Source: the human T2T-CHM13v2.0 reference genome, Homo sapiens. Taken from it: a stretch of DNA of 64,000 nucleotides. A program made the position numbers and the translations under genes. The notes under the pieces are model-generated. The model did no database searches, had not been told where the DNA came from, and saw only the letters and a list, made by a program, of their open reading frames with translations. Shown one piece after another: positions 11,271 through 24,611 of the stretch; positions within the stretch are counted from its first letter, which is position 1, and every line of letters begins with the position of its first letter. Where the stretch lies: assembly GCF_009914755.1 (NCBI RefSeq), contig NC_060942.1; one strand, given 5' to 3'.

Positions 11271-14156
11271 CGTTGAGTTCCGCCTTGGAAGCTGCAAGCC
11301 CGTGGGTTTGGGACCCTGCCCTACAGGTGGGCACCTTCCCAAGACCTCAAAGGAGCTCCTGTCAGTGCTGACAAAGAGGGGGTCTGATCAACCAATTCCT
11401 GATGAGGTCTTAATTAGTGGTAAGTACTTAATGCTCCAGGGTGTTAAAAATGAAATTTAGGGAGCATGAGGGTTCTTCCTAGTACAACCCAAAAGGCTTT
11501 CTAGGACTCACTCTGTCTACATTTAAGCCTGGGTTTTTAAAATACATGAACATTTTAGTAACTGCACGCTTTCATTCATTAGAGTGCAAGGTGAATCCTG
11601 GTCTGTTCTACAAAGATGAGAAGCTCACAGTCGTAGGAGACAGTGTGGCCAGGTATGATTGTAAAAAATTAATTGTGAGGCAGTTTTTACAGACACCGTA
11701 ACCTGGAAAGCTAGAGGAGGAGGAAAATAAAAATGGGGTGGGGCAACCTCAGAGGGAGGATGCCCGGGTTTAGGAGAAGAGGAAAGAGCCTTCCGGATGG
11801 GGAACCGGCATTATCAGCAAAGGCACAGACGTCTGCAAGAGCCATGCAGGTTCACAGGAGGGAGAGTGAACCCCGGCTTGATAGAGGCAGGAATACGGAG
11901 GCCAGGACCTGCTCCTGGGGGCTGCCTGCCCTGTGCTGAATGATTTATATATGGAATCTCATTGATTTCCTCTCATGTTTTAGAAACCCTTACGCCCATT
12001 TTAAGGATAATGAAACTGTGGCTGGATGAAGCTAATGAAGGGATTTAAACCATGTCCAGAACGTGCGTCCACCCTGGCAAGTTGCAGGCAGGACTTCTGC
12101 TCCCGCCCTCTGGATCTCCACGCGGGGCACCTCTAACAGGTCCCTGAGCTTGGTGTGTGATCCCAACGTGGGGCACGGGTTCTCCCCAGCCTGGCACAGA
12201 GGAGCCTGCTGCCCGCAAGGACTTCCTCGCCCAGCCAGGCTTGGGCTGTTCGTGAAGCGGGAAGGAGCCCCGCAGCCCGGCACTCACACTGAGAAGACAA
12301 TGCACATGCGCCTACTTTCCCGTTAAGGGGACACTGAGGCCACAGCTGTGGAAGGTGAAGCAGAGACAGACGAAGCCTGGAATGGCTGAAAGGCACTTAC
12401 GGCAGAAGCGCAGACGGAGACACAGGGTCAGGCTCATGCACGCGGCTTGGCCGTGTCCGGCTCAGGGCCTGGTCCTCATGGCCCAGGGGGCAGCTGGAGA
12501 AACAGCACAGGCGTCGTGGCCACGCGTCCTTCCCCAGCCTGGCACAGCAGGCCGTATGAGTTTATCTGTAATATCAACTACGATGTTAACTGTTTTATTT
12601 ATATGCAGTTTTATCATACGAGTCCTTAAAAGGAGATTCACTGTCGCCTCAGAGCACCCTGGTTTTTATTAATCTGGTCGCATTCGGAGTCGTTTAGTCA
12701 GCCGCCACTTCCTGCTTAGACGCACCATCCACAGGTGTGTCATTAGCGTGGAGGAATTCGAGCAGGACTGGGTTCAACTTCGCGTTTCCCATATTACTGA
12801 GGATGACTCATTTCTCATTAAAAGGTAAGCAAGACTGGATGACCCAAATTAAAACAAAAATCAACCGCAAATTAACTGAGTTCAAGAGAGAATGTGGCCT
12901 GCTAAGCTTCACATTGTGGAGAGTGTGCCGGTTTTCAGAGTTGTCCATGGCACAGTCTGAAAGACGGCATCTCATCTCATCCAAAGGGAAACCAGGCCCG
13001 CTCCTCCCCTTCTCTGACCAGACATTTCCAAGGATTGCCTTCCGGAGAGAATGGTGCTTCTTTCGTTCGTCCTGTGTGGGACAAATGGCTCTCTGGAATG
13101 GCTGTTCCCCGTGATCTGTGATGCTGGTGTTCTCTTACCGCATTCTACCCACTTGGCATTTTTGTACACTGAGAACAGGGATTTGAAAGACTAGGGAGTA
13201 CGGGAAGACATAGTATAGACTTAGAAAAACTCCTCATGTCTTTTTAAATAAACCGAATGCAACTATGAAACATATGCCTCTGAAAGAACCAGCCTCTTTC
13301 AAATCTTTGTTTTCTCTCTTCAATAGACCATCATTGGTGAGGATTTTTCTTGCGATGAAACATATGGCTAATTGATTTCTCTGATGAAGAACCTTTTCTG
13401 CTATCATGAATGTATGTGTTCATGTACATACACGCATGTATTGTGCATGGCTGCATGGATGTACACACGCGACTATGGGCCTGGGTGTTCACAAGGGAGC
13501 TGGGCCTGCCTTGCTTGGGGTTCGATCCCTCTCGCAGCACAAGCCAGTTGACAACAAGAGGGGCCTGGCTCCTCGTCTTCGCTCTGGAGAGCACTGCCCA
13601 GGGGGCTCTGATAAAAAATACCAGTCCATCCACGGCTCAGCTTTTCCATTAGTGACGTGAGGACAGCAAAACCCACCCAGGCTGCATGTATGAGGCTTAA
13701 GAATGCAGGGGCTGCATATCCCACACCCACATGTGTGACGTCCCATTTCCTGGTTAGGACGACTGAGAATTTCCAAATGCTGCTGTGACAAGCAGGCCCA
13801 TCACGCCCTTCAGTACCTGGCGGGTACACGATGGGCTCCTGTCTGCCTGGAAACCAAGAGAAGGCCTGACCGGCGTGCCCTGGGGGCCTGGGCAGTGTGG
13901 CGGAGGCCCGCCAACCCCACCGATGAGCTCTGTGGGAGTTTATGTGAAAAGCTAAAAGCAATTTTGCTTATAAAAAGTTCTAAATTACTTCTGATAGTCC
14001 AATTAACTTACCAAAAATATATGCATACATAATGGGAGATTCAACTACCTTCTGATGAAAGAAGCTGCAAATTCTACACCCAAAGGCTCAAGAGTCCTGA
14101 ACTGGGCTGTCATGAGCCCCCTGCTGGGCAAGGAGCAGCTTAATTCTTTCCTCCAT

Positions 14157-14415
14157 AGATGCTGGGTGCTGGATGCTAGGTGCTGGATGCTTGAGGTGGG
14201 GTGTTGCATGCTGGGGGCTGGGTGCTTGGGGCTGGATGATGGATGCTGGGTGCTGGGTGCTGAATGCTGGGTTCTGGATGCTTGGGGCTGGGTGCTGGAT
14301 GCTAGGTGCTAGATGCTTGGGGTGGGGTGTTGCATGCTGGGGGCTGGGTGCTTCGGGCTGGATGATGGATGCTGGGTGCTGGGTGCTTGGGGCTGGGTGA
14401 TGGATGCTGGGTGCC
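14157..14415. repeat. 7-bp-unit G-rich tandem repeat (GGATGCT/GGGTGCT) with 126-bp higher-order duplication
   Basis: Continuous 7-bp periodicity; GCTGGGTGCTGGATGCTAGGTGCT recurs at 14161 and 14287. Confidence 0.9.
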
Positions 14416-15627
14416 GATTACCTCAGAAAACACTGTGGACCTGAGGGAGCCCTGGATCCCTGAGACCTATTAATATCTGATATTATTATTTAATTTGCTC
14501 TAAAAGGTAGTCTTATTCCAAAGTAGAGCAATTAGATGCACAGTGGGTGGACATAGCTCTGTACCAATGACTTTCTTTTGGAGAAGGACAGTGCCGACAA
14601 TTAAATGTAAGAATAGCATTGATGAAAACAATTATGAACATTGAGGGAAGAGTCAGGTGCCCTCCTGGCCGTGTGAAGGCTCAAAGTGCTGAACTTTGGT
14701 CCTCTCACTCCTTAAATTGAGAGAATAGTGTTGGGCCAGGATTGATGTCACTGCTTTCCCTTTAAGAATCACATTTCAGAAAAGGGCAGCCACGCCAAGG
14801 CTTTCTTACACTCCAGTCGATTTGTGAGCCACACTGTTCTACTTTTCCACTCCTTACTGTACCTGGCTGCCCTATTCATCTTTCTCTATGAACATTTGCT
14901 GTTTAAGGCAATTGGGCCCAATGAGGCAGAGCCCGGCTGTGATCGGCTCATCCATCTTTATTTGATCCTTGGCTGACACAGCAGCTGCCCTGTGACATAG
15001 GTTAGGTCACTGAGTGGCCATTACCCCCTCGTTTGCACACTCTTGTTCCCCCTAACCACCTTCCTGAAGTCAAATCCAGATGATTTGTGCCAATTTCATG
15101 GGGGCACAGACTGGAACATGCGCTCACTTTCTACATGGCCGAGTTTACACAATCTCACACACACGTCTCCGGCTTATGTGACCGTCAAAACGCGGATTTT
15201 CCCTTCCTTCGTACGGGCTTGGATAGAGCTCTGAGGGCTGGAGTTCTCAATTATAGAATGTCATGACACCGCCGCACGATTTTTTACAGTAATTTCACAG
15301 TGTCACTTCATGATTCTTTCAGGGCTGCTTTGAACCATGACTGAAAGAACAGTGGCCCTCCGAGTGTCAGGGGACGCGCTGGAACCCGAGTGGCGGAGCC
15401 GTGGGCGGCCAAGAGTCAAGCGCACACACGCAGGAGGCGGGCACGTCTCAGAGGTCAAAACCTGGCCGAGAGGAGATGCAAAGGGTTAAGAGAAAATCTG
15501 CAGACGTTTTTTCCTGCTAAATTTTGATATTGGAAACACATCTTCCAAACGGCATTTTTTTAGCTCTGAGTTTCTCTGGTGAATACCTGTTTAAAATGAG
15601 AGCCTCCAGGAGGCAGGGTGGGTGGGG

Positions 15628-15720
15628 AAAGAGAGACCAAGACAGAGAGAGAGAGAGAGAGAGAGAAAGAGAAAGAGAGAGAGGAAGATTGGGAGAGGGA
15701 CAGAGAGAGAAATAGAGAAA
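15628..15720. repeat. (GA)n polypurine tract
   Basis: Perfect AG run from 15644 followed by GA-rich degenerate sequence. Confidence 0.9.
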
Positions 15721-16374
15721 CGTTTACCATTTAAAAAGGGGGTAGGGCTTTATATATTTCTCCCCCAAAATATCTTCAGTCGTCACAACAAAGGTCACCA
15801 TCATTTCTAAATCCTTTATATACCACATAAAATGACTTTTACTCCAAAAATCCTCCCCGAAGGATAGTTTGTGGGTTTTTTTTTATTATCATGATCTGCG
15901 TGGCTCACTCTTTTTGCCAATATTGTGACCAAATATAAAGCAAGAGTGTCGATTTTTTCAACCCAGAAATACATTTTGAAGTCCATCATGAAGCAGGTTG
16001 GAAGGTGCCGTTTTGAAAGCTAGACCTCCTGGGAGGCTTTCTGACCCTCATAATGCAGGCAAATTCTTACATTACTGCATGATAGACATGGTAGGCTTAG
16101 GGACAGGTCCCCATTAGGAAATCACTATGTCTTCAGGCAAGTTTTGCCCTTGAGTTGAAGAGGGATGAAAACAAAGTAAAGTGGTTGTCACAAACTGTTT
16201 TGATCTTTAAACTTATTTGACTGTGGCACAGCAAAGCCTCAGCTTCTGCAGCCATGTTAGAGACATCGCTGCAGAAAATAGTCTCACTTTAGAATATGCT
16301 TTCACCCTTCAATGTTAATAACTGCTCCTCAGCAAGACCTGTGATTTCCTTCTCTCTTCCTCTGATAGCCAGTC

Positions 16375-16522
16375 CCTTGCTCCTCAAATCATGGACCAGG
16401 GGCCATCATCAGCATGGGCTCCACCCAGGGGCTGATTTGACTTGCATGGTCTCAGGCCTCCCCCAGATCTGCAGCACCAGGGTGGGAATTCTGAAAGGAT
16501 TTCAACTCTAGGGACCGCTGGT
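16375..16522. mobile_element. Degenerate MER5-like (hAT-Charlie) MITE remnant
   Basis: CTCAAATCATGGACC...CATCAGCAT...CTCAGGCCTCCCCCAGATCTGC...GGACCGCTG loosely follows the recalled MER5A consensus. Confidence 0.35.
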
Positions 16523-18973
16523 TCAGAGAACTCTGATCTTGCAATAGAGTCCGTACGCACTTAGCACCTGAAATGTTCCCTAGTCCACATCTCGAGTTTG
16601 GAGCAGCAAGAATCTTCATGGTGAAAGCTGCCATGACATTCTTCTGCTTGCCTGGCAAACTAAGGAGACTCTTGGCCATAACCTTTTATAAAGTCTTAGC
16701 TCGTCTTATCTAAATCCTTCTATTATCAAAGTTAAACTCTTCCAGCTCCCTGATCCTTTCCTATTATTCTCTGAAATGTCCATCTCTTTTCTGCCCAACC
16801 CACTCAGCCATGTTCTTATGGGCCCAAGAAGGTAAGAAAGAAAGATACTGGGAAGGGATAGATGTGCAAATGATGAATGAGCTTTCGTTTGGATTTAAAA
16901 GCCTGTGTCATTAAGGAAAGGGTGGATTTCTGGAATCAAAGAGGGTGAGTGTTCTGTGCATTCTCCCCAATCAGCTGCGATCTCTACATCAGCAACCGGC
17001 CTTGTCACATTGTGTTTGAATATGTGTGTGTTCTTCTTTCAAACATGGCTGGGCCTTAGGGTTGTTTTTTTTTTTGGTTGTTTGTTTTTTGCTTCTATTT
17101 TTGCTTTATTTTGCATTTCCCCATAAATGTATGTAATTAAAAAATAGAATCCACTTGTTGAGAGTAAAGTAGTCATCTCATTCCACACTTCCTCCCACCA
17201 CGGCACCACTAATTTATCGTGCAATCCTAGCATTTTTATTCTTGCTGAGATGTGGATAACCTTTTTACATTGAAAACTCCTTTGCAACCTTACAAGAAAA
17301 GCCAATTAATCAATTAGAATATCATTCTCGAATTACAGTGGAATTATGTGTCCCCTCTGCTGAAAACCATTGAAACTTGCGGTGCATTACTTCAATTAAG
17401 AATACTTAATTTCCAAATGGCACAAATGAGCAAAGCATGAGTCATAGCACACGGCTCTCCTTAAAAGCCATCAGTGCTAATGGTTTTGAAACCTGTATAA
17501 ACCTGATACGTGCTTCATTTATATGGCAAGCTAAATCCACGTAAGGGTGTAATATTTCTGCTTATGTACACAAGGCTTTATGTGGTGCTCCCTGCAATTG
17601 CACAAAAATGTAGATGGCTTTTTGCATGCCCTGCTTCTTACGTGAGGTGTGGCGAGTAGATAGGATCGTGCTTCGCTATCACCCCACACAAAGTGCACTT
17701 AGGCCGATCGATCGGAATGCTTCATAACATTCGAAGTTATGATAATCAGAGATTAGGGGGAAACAGCAAATTCCAGTGTCTGGAGAAGTATTTTTCATTG
17801 CTCCTGTATCTCACTATCCCATCTGCCTGGCTTTATTCCAGACTCTTCATTTGACCCCTTTGCACTGCCATCCAGCATGAATGAGTTTTGCTAGAATGAG
17901 GGGTGTGGAAACCAGTTTCTCAAGCCTCCCAAAGCTCCAGGTTTTATTCTTGTCTTGAGTTCTTTGTATCCAGGCTGTTCATTAGAATCCTGGGAGAAGA
18001 TGACCCTGAGATAGCAATAATGGTGCGTTCACCATGGGGAGCCCACACCTGTTCCCTGCAAAGGACCCACATGTTTCTTCTCTGGCCTACTTATCTCCCC
18101 CAGTATAGAATACCACCTTTTACACTTCCTCGGCAAATTGCTTTAGTGCATTAGATCGATAGTACTAAAATCTAAGTCCATATTAGACTTCAATATTAAT
18201 GTTTGTGTTAACCATAAACACAAAATACAAATACTGATGTTTATGAATTAGTGTTACTAATATTAATTTTTGTGTTAACCATGAACTTCTATACTAATTT
18301 CAATACTAATTAAATACTAATTTTTGTGTTAACCACAAATGCATTATGAAGAACAGTAAGAGAAAATAAGAGGATATGGAAAATCAATATTAGTTCTAAA
18401 TGTTCTTATTTTGTTCCCAACGTTTTGTATCAAACTGTTTATAGCATATGATTTTTCCTCCCAAAGTACTGCCTTCATGCTCTAGAAAAATTTGCTTTCA
18501 ATTTTCAATAATCAAATGGTAAATTTTGTTTAAATTAGCTTCTTTAAAAATGAAAACACTTGATTCTGGGAAGATTTTTCCTAATTGGCTAAATAAAGAC
18601 AATTTTACTGAAATAAAAACATTCTGTTCTATCAAAAGGTCTTAGGTTTGGGCAACAGGGAGCTAGTCCCCTGGGAACGTGGGACAAGTGCACATCCTGA
18701 GCCCATCCCAGAAACACTGAAGTCCAGTAAGGCTCTCACCTTGGTTCTGGACTTAGAAACATCCTTGAGCTCACCACAGGCTGCAGCTTGCTCGTAGCCA
18801 CTCTCCCCCAACTCATTGATGGCTCCAGCTGGGCACTGCTGCCTCCAAGTGACGCGAGGGCGGGGAGAGTTTCAGGAAGCATGCACTTGGCCTGTTAACC
18901 AGCACTGGAAAGAGTAAGTCATTGCTGAAATGTATTTACCAAGGTGGGACACTGGATTTATTTTATTTATTAG

Positions 18974-19298
<325 letters not shown>

Positions 19299-19619
19299 GT
19301 AACTTTTAAATATGTAGATATTTGGCAGATAAGCCTCCCTTTGTACTTTACCCTGGGCCCTGCAAAAATTAAGGGCTGGCCTGACATTTGGCGGCCTAGG
19401 CTCGACCTTAAGTACTTTCTGTGTCTCAGCACTGCATTAAAACCCATTGTACATAGTCCTTTTCATGATGTATTTAGACTTGAACATGATATCTGCATCT
19501 GTAATGCAGGGCAGGCTAGGGGATTCCTGGTATTATTTAAAAATCTGGACGACAGTAACCTTGAGCTTTATTTTTTGGGAAGGGTATGGCTCTGATTCAG
19601 TGGATCCTTGGAAGCCATG

Positions 19620-19760
19620 TGACTTTGGGCTCTAGGACTGACTGGCCTTGGGTTAGTGAAGAGGGTGAATAATTTGCCTTCCTTTTCTGAATCTTCCTTT
19701 GTTTCCTCATCTGTAAAGCATGAGCATTAAGTGTGAGAAGGCAGTGCATGCTTCACATAG
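19620..19760 (+). mobile_element. MIR remnant
   Basis: MIR core-like TTTGTTTCCTCATCTGTAAAG. Confidence 0.5.
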
Positions 19761-19895
19761 ATTGGCTGCTCCACGAACTCATTTGTTTCTACTTTGAGCC
19801 TTGTGTGTGTGTGCTGCGTTCCCTCCATGCCCTCAGGAGACATTCAGCCTTAACCACATGTGGGCCACACCCAGGCTTCTGGGTTTGGGGTTTCA

Positions 19896-20119
19896 TTTTG
19901 TTTTGTGTTTGTTTGTTTTTTGAGACAAGGTCTCCCTCTGTCACCCAGGCTGGAGTACAGTAGTGCAATTTCAGCTCACTGCAGCCTCTGCCTCCTGAGC
20001 TCAAACAATCCTCCCACCTCAGTCTCCTGAGTAGCTGAGACCACAGGCATGTGCCACCACGTCCAGCTACTTTTTGTGTTTTTTTAGTAGAAATGGGATC
20101 TCACTGTGTTGCCCAGGCT
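19896..20119 (-). mobile_element. 5'-truncated AluJ
   Basis: GCAGCCTC and GCTCAAACAATCCTCCCACCTCAG are J-type; breaks off at GTTGCCCAGGCT; GGCTTCTG on both flanks is a possible TSD. Confidence 0.9.
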
Positions 20120-20816
20120 ATGGCTTCTGTTTTTGAGAGTATTTAATAGTGTGTTTTAAAATGTGAGTAGTGATATTATTCTAATGGCAGTACCAAAGAC
20201 CCTTTGATTAGAAGTTGATGTAGGTGAAATGGTGAGAACGAAGTCAGTGCTGCTATTTCTGTATGAGATGTGATTGTTTACATTTCATTTGCCCCGGATG
20301 GTGAGGACCTCGGTGTAAGAACTAACCACAGGGAATGAGAAACGTGGGGAGACATTTGGTGAACTTAGTTGGAAATACTATGTTAATGGCATTTCCAAAT
20401 TATATGCTCAATGTATTTTTCTCTGACCTCTAGACTTCTTCTCCAATAAAGGACCTCTACATTTAAAACGATGGGTCTATTTGGTAAGGTAAATTAAAGG
20501 GGCACAACTTGCCTGTGTTTCTAGAATATATTGACACTCTTTGGTGTATTTATTGTTAATTGTTTTCAGATTAACACTTGGACTGCTTACTTTAACTGTA
20601 CAGATTCTGACTTTAAAAAGTGTCTTGAAGTTGACCAAACATATCAAACGTATTATTTGATAAAATAACTAGAGCAGTATGTAAGAACAGACTTAGTGAG
20701 GTTTTCTCACGTTCAGAGCACTGCACATCTTGGATTCTGCCATCCCTATCGCACAAGAATGATACCTGGGTCTCCTGGGGAAGGCTGTCTCATTTCCTGC
20801 CTGTGAGTGATAAGAG

Positions 20817-21358
20817 TGATGCAGGTGGGCAGGTGAGTCCTGAAATCAGGGCTTAGCCCAGGAGGATTCTCGCCTTTGCCCAGGGAAGAATCCAAGGGTG
20901 AGCCCGTGGTGTTAGGCAGGAACCTTTCATTAAGCCAGAGCTGCTTTCTGCAGAGCAGGACAAACTCACAGGAAGTGTGCCAGAGTCCGCAGCTTATGGG
21001 CTCCTGACGCCTATATCCACACTCTACTTATACCTGCTTTCAACTGCATGCAAATTAAGGGGTGGATCCATGCAAATTGAAGAGTGAGTTAAGGACTCCC
21101 TAGGAAAGGGCAGCCCCTTCTAGGTTGTTGCCACTGAAAGCAGTGATAACTTCTGGGCTGTTGCCATGGCATTGGTAAACTGTCATGGCGCTGGTGGAAG
21201 CATCTTTATGCCAGCCAGCAGTGAGGGCAGCCAGGGATTGCTTTGAGCAGCATCTGCTGGTTCCCATGGCTTTCTTCACTTTATCTTGTCTGGACCGGAC
21301 CCTGCTTGGGTCAGCAGGGCTGTGACCAGGAAACACGTCCTGCCAGTCTCCTATGTCA
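20817..21358 (-). mobile_element. ERV1 (MER4-group) solo LTR, MER66-like
   Basis: TG...CA ends; reverse strand begins TGACATAGGAGACTGGCAGGAC and contains CAGCGCCATGACAGTTTACCAATGCCATGGCAAC; subfamily from memory. Confidence 0.7.
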
Positions 21359-21419
21359 AAACCATTTATTACTTCCCATATCTTGGGGAAATAGTGTGCA
21401 TTTAGGGGGAGCATGGATT

Positions 21420-21600
21420 CTGGAACACAGCAAGACTCAAGTCCTGCTGTGGTAGGTTTGTGACATCAGGTGGACGTCACCTTGTGGAACCCCGTATTCC
21501 TTGCCTGTGAAGTGATCATCGTAAAGTGATCTGTCTTGGGGGTTGTGAATATTAAAATGCATTCCTGGTCTCCGTGCAGGGACTCAGTAAACACTAGTTT
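21420..21600 (+). mobile_element. MIR remnant
   Basis: TGTGACATCAGG...TTCCTTGCCTGTGAAGTG...GGTTGTGAATATTAAA...ACTCAGTAAACACTAG follows MIR order. Confidence 0.5.
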
Positions 21601-22077
21601 GCTTTCTCTTTCCCTTAAGTTGCCAGAAAACTCTTTTCAGATTGTAATAAAGAACCATCCAAAGTAGGTTATTTTATGAGGTTGACAGATCCTATTACTT
21701 AGCTTTAAATCTCATCTTAATGAGGAGGAAGAATTCTACAAAAGTGGGCCCAGTCAGGTTCTTCCATTGTGTTTCTAATTAGAATTTAAGTTGCTTTTAA
21801 TGTCAGTTCTAAAGAACCCTTGGTGGAAAATTAGTAGTTACCCGTTGACATAAAATGCAAGATGATGCCTGGACAGTCTGAATCACAAAACATTTTGCCC
21901 TTAAATCCCAGGAAATGTAAGCTGCATGGGGTGGGAGGCGGGTGGTGTGGGGCATCTGTGGATTAGGTAGTTCATTGTGATTGAATATCCTGGTTAAAAA
22001 TCAAACTAACCAACATTTTCCAGAGGAAAATAGAGCACATTTCTGTGGCCCTGACACCTGATCATTCCTGCCTCTGA

Positions 22078-22572
<495 letters not shown>

Positions 22573-22927
22573 CAACATGAGATCTTTCTTAAATGAGCAT
22601 TAAATTACTGTACATCAATACTCTTTCCTGACAAAGGGGTAAATGTGAAATGAAACTTAATATTTGCCCAAAAATAAGTGTGAAAAAAGAAATAAGAATC
22701 ACCCAAACCTAAAGTCTGAATGCTTCCTATCTATAGACTGATGGGTTAGAAAAGCACTAAGCTCTGGAATTAGTTTGCTAAAACTTTATTTAGTCTCCTG
22801 GGCCGTAGGAGCATTTGGAGAAGCGTGCTGCATTTGTGACTGTAAACAGTACAGTCAGGAGAATTGATTTTAATTAGGGTAAAAGTTTGTTCATTTGTTT
22901 TGTTGTTGAGTCTCTATGAAAGATAGC

Positions 22928-23125
22928 AGGTATAGTGGGAAAGGCACAGAATTTTAAAAAAGACCCGAAGGTTAGAATCTTGGCTATTTGTTCGTGTGAC
23001 TTTAAGCAAAGAATTGGGCTTTTCTTAACTCCAGTGAGTTCATTTATCAGCCTGGGATTTAAAAGCAGACATTTGGTGAGGATTAGAGATAATTACATTA
23101 CTTGCCTAGCAAAATTTTTGGCAGC
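22928..23125 (+). mobile_element. MIR remnant
   Basis: GGTATAGTGGGAAAGGCACAG...TGTGACTTTAAGCAA...GTGAGGATTAGAGATAAT. Confidence 0.6.
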
Positions 23126-23217
23126 CAATGATTATGAAATATTACTTTGCGAGAATGCCTTGACAAACACTGAAATTGTGGCTATTTCAAAATAGTCATA
23201 TAATTTTTTAAAAAATT

Positions 23218-23550
<333 letters not shown>

Positions 23551-24250
23551 TCAAATGGCTAAACATTACAAAAACTTAAGTCCAAATAACCCAAGTTAAA
23601 TTTTGGCAAACACACACGTAACTAGGGAAGATGGCATGAAGATTCCATGGACTTTTAGGAAGTTACGTGACCAAAGACACAGGGTCTCCAGATGGCAGAT
23701 CTAAGCCAAGAACAAGTCCTGCTGTCCTTAGAGGGTGTCCCAAGCCTCCCACCCTGATCCTTAGGGCCTGGCTCTTGGGTTTGTGACTGAGGCTGCTTTG
23801 GGGGTTCAGTGAGGCAGGTGCAGGATTCCCTCACCACCATCACACCAGTGTCTCCACCATGGAAGATGATGAGGCTCTTTGGAAAACACACATGGAATGG
23901 CATGTAGGAGATGAGTGGGGAGGAGCGTAGGATGTGCCATTGGGCTCACTGGGGTGAGGATGCCTGGGAGACCTCAGTAGGCACACACATAATGATGGGG
24001 GTGGGGGCCAAGGCCGAGGAAGAGACATGGAGTGTCATCAGCAAATGGATGGGAGCTAAACTTGTGTTCCAACACAGGGTGGTTCCTGGAGAGTGTGAAA
24101 AGGGAAGAAAAAGAGAATTACACTATCTAGAAATCCTGTGTAAGGGGCAAGCAAGAGAGAAGAGCTCGGGAATGGCGTGGAGAAGGGCTAGACCAGGAAA
24201 GAGGGAAAAGGAAAAGAAGTGGAGGAAAGGACAGTCTCAAGGATTAGGGG

Positions 24251-24611
24251 TGTGTTAGTCCATTCTCATGCTGCTATAAGACATACCTGAGACTGGGAAA
24301 TTTATAAAGAAAAAGAGGTTTAATGGACTCACAGCTCCACATGGCTGGAGAGGCCTCACAATCATGGCAGAAGGTGAAGGAGGAGCAAAGGCATATCTTA
24401 CATGGCAGCAGGCAAGAGAGCATGTGTGAGGAAAACTGCCCTTTCTAAAACCATCAGATCTCCTGAGACTTATGCACAGTCATGAGAACAGCAAGGGAAA
24501 ACCCACCCTCATGATCCAATTACCTCCATCGGGTCCCTCCCACAACACATGGGATTATGGGAGCTACAATTTAAGATGAGATTTGGGTGAGGACACAGCC
24601 AAACCATATCA
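24251..24611 (-). mobile_element. THE1C-like solo LTR (ERVL-MaLR)
   Basis: TGTGTTAGTCC...GGGATTATGGGAGCTACAAT...CAGCCAAACCATATCA; 5-bp TSD AGGGG at 24246-24250 and 24612-24616. Confidence 0.92.
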
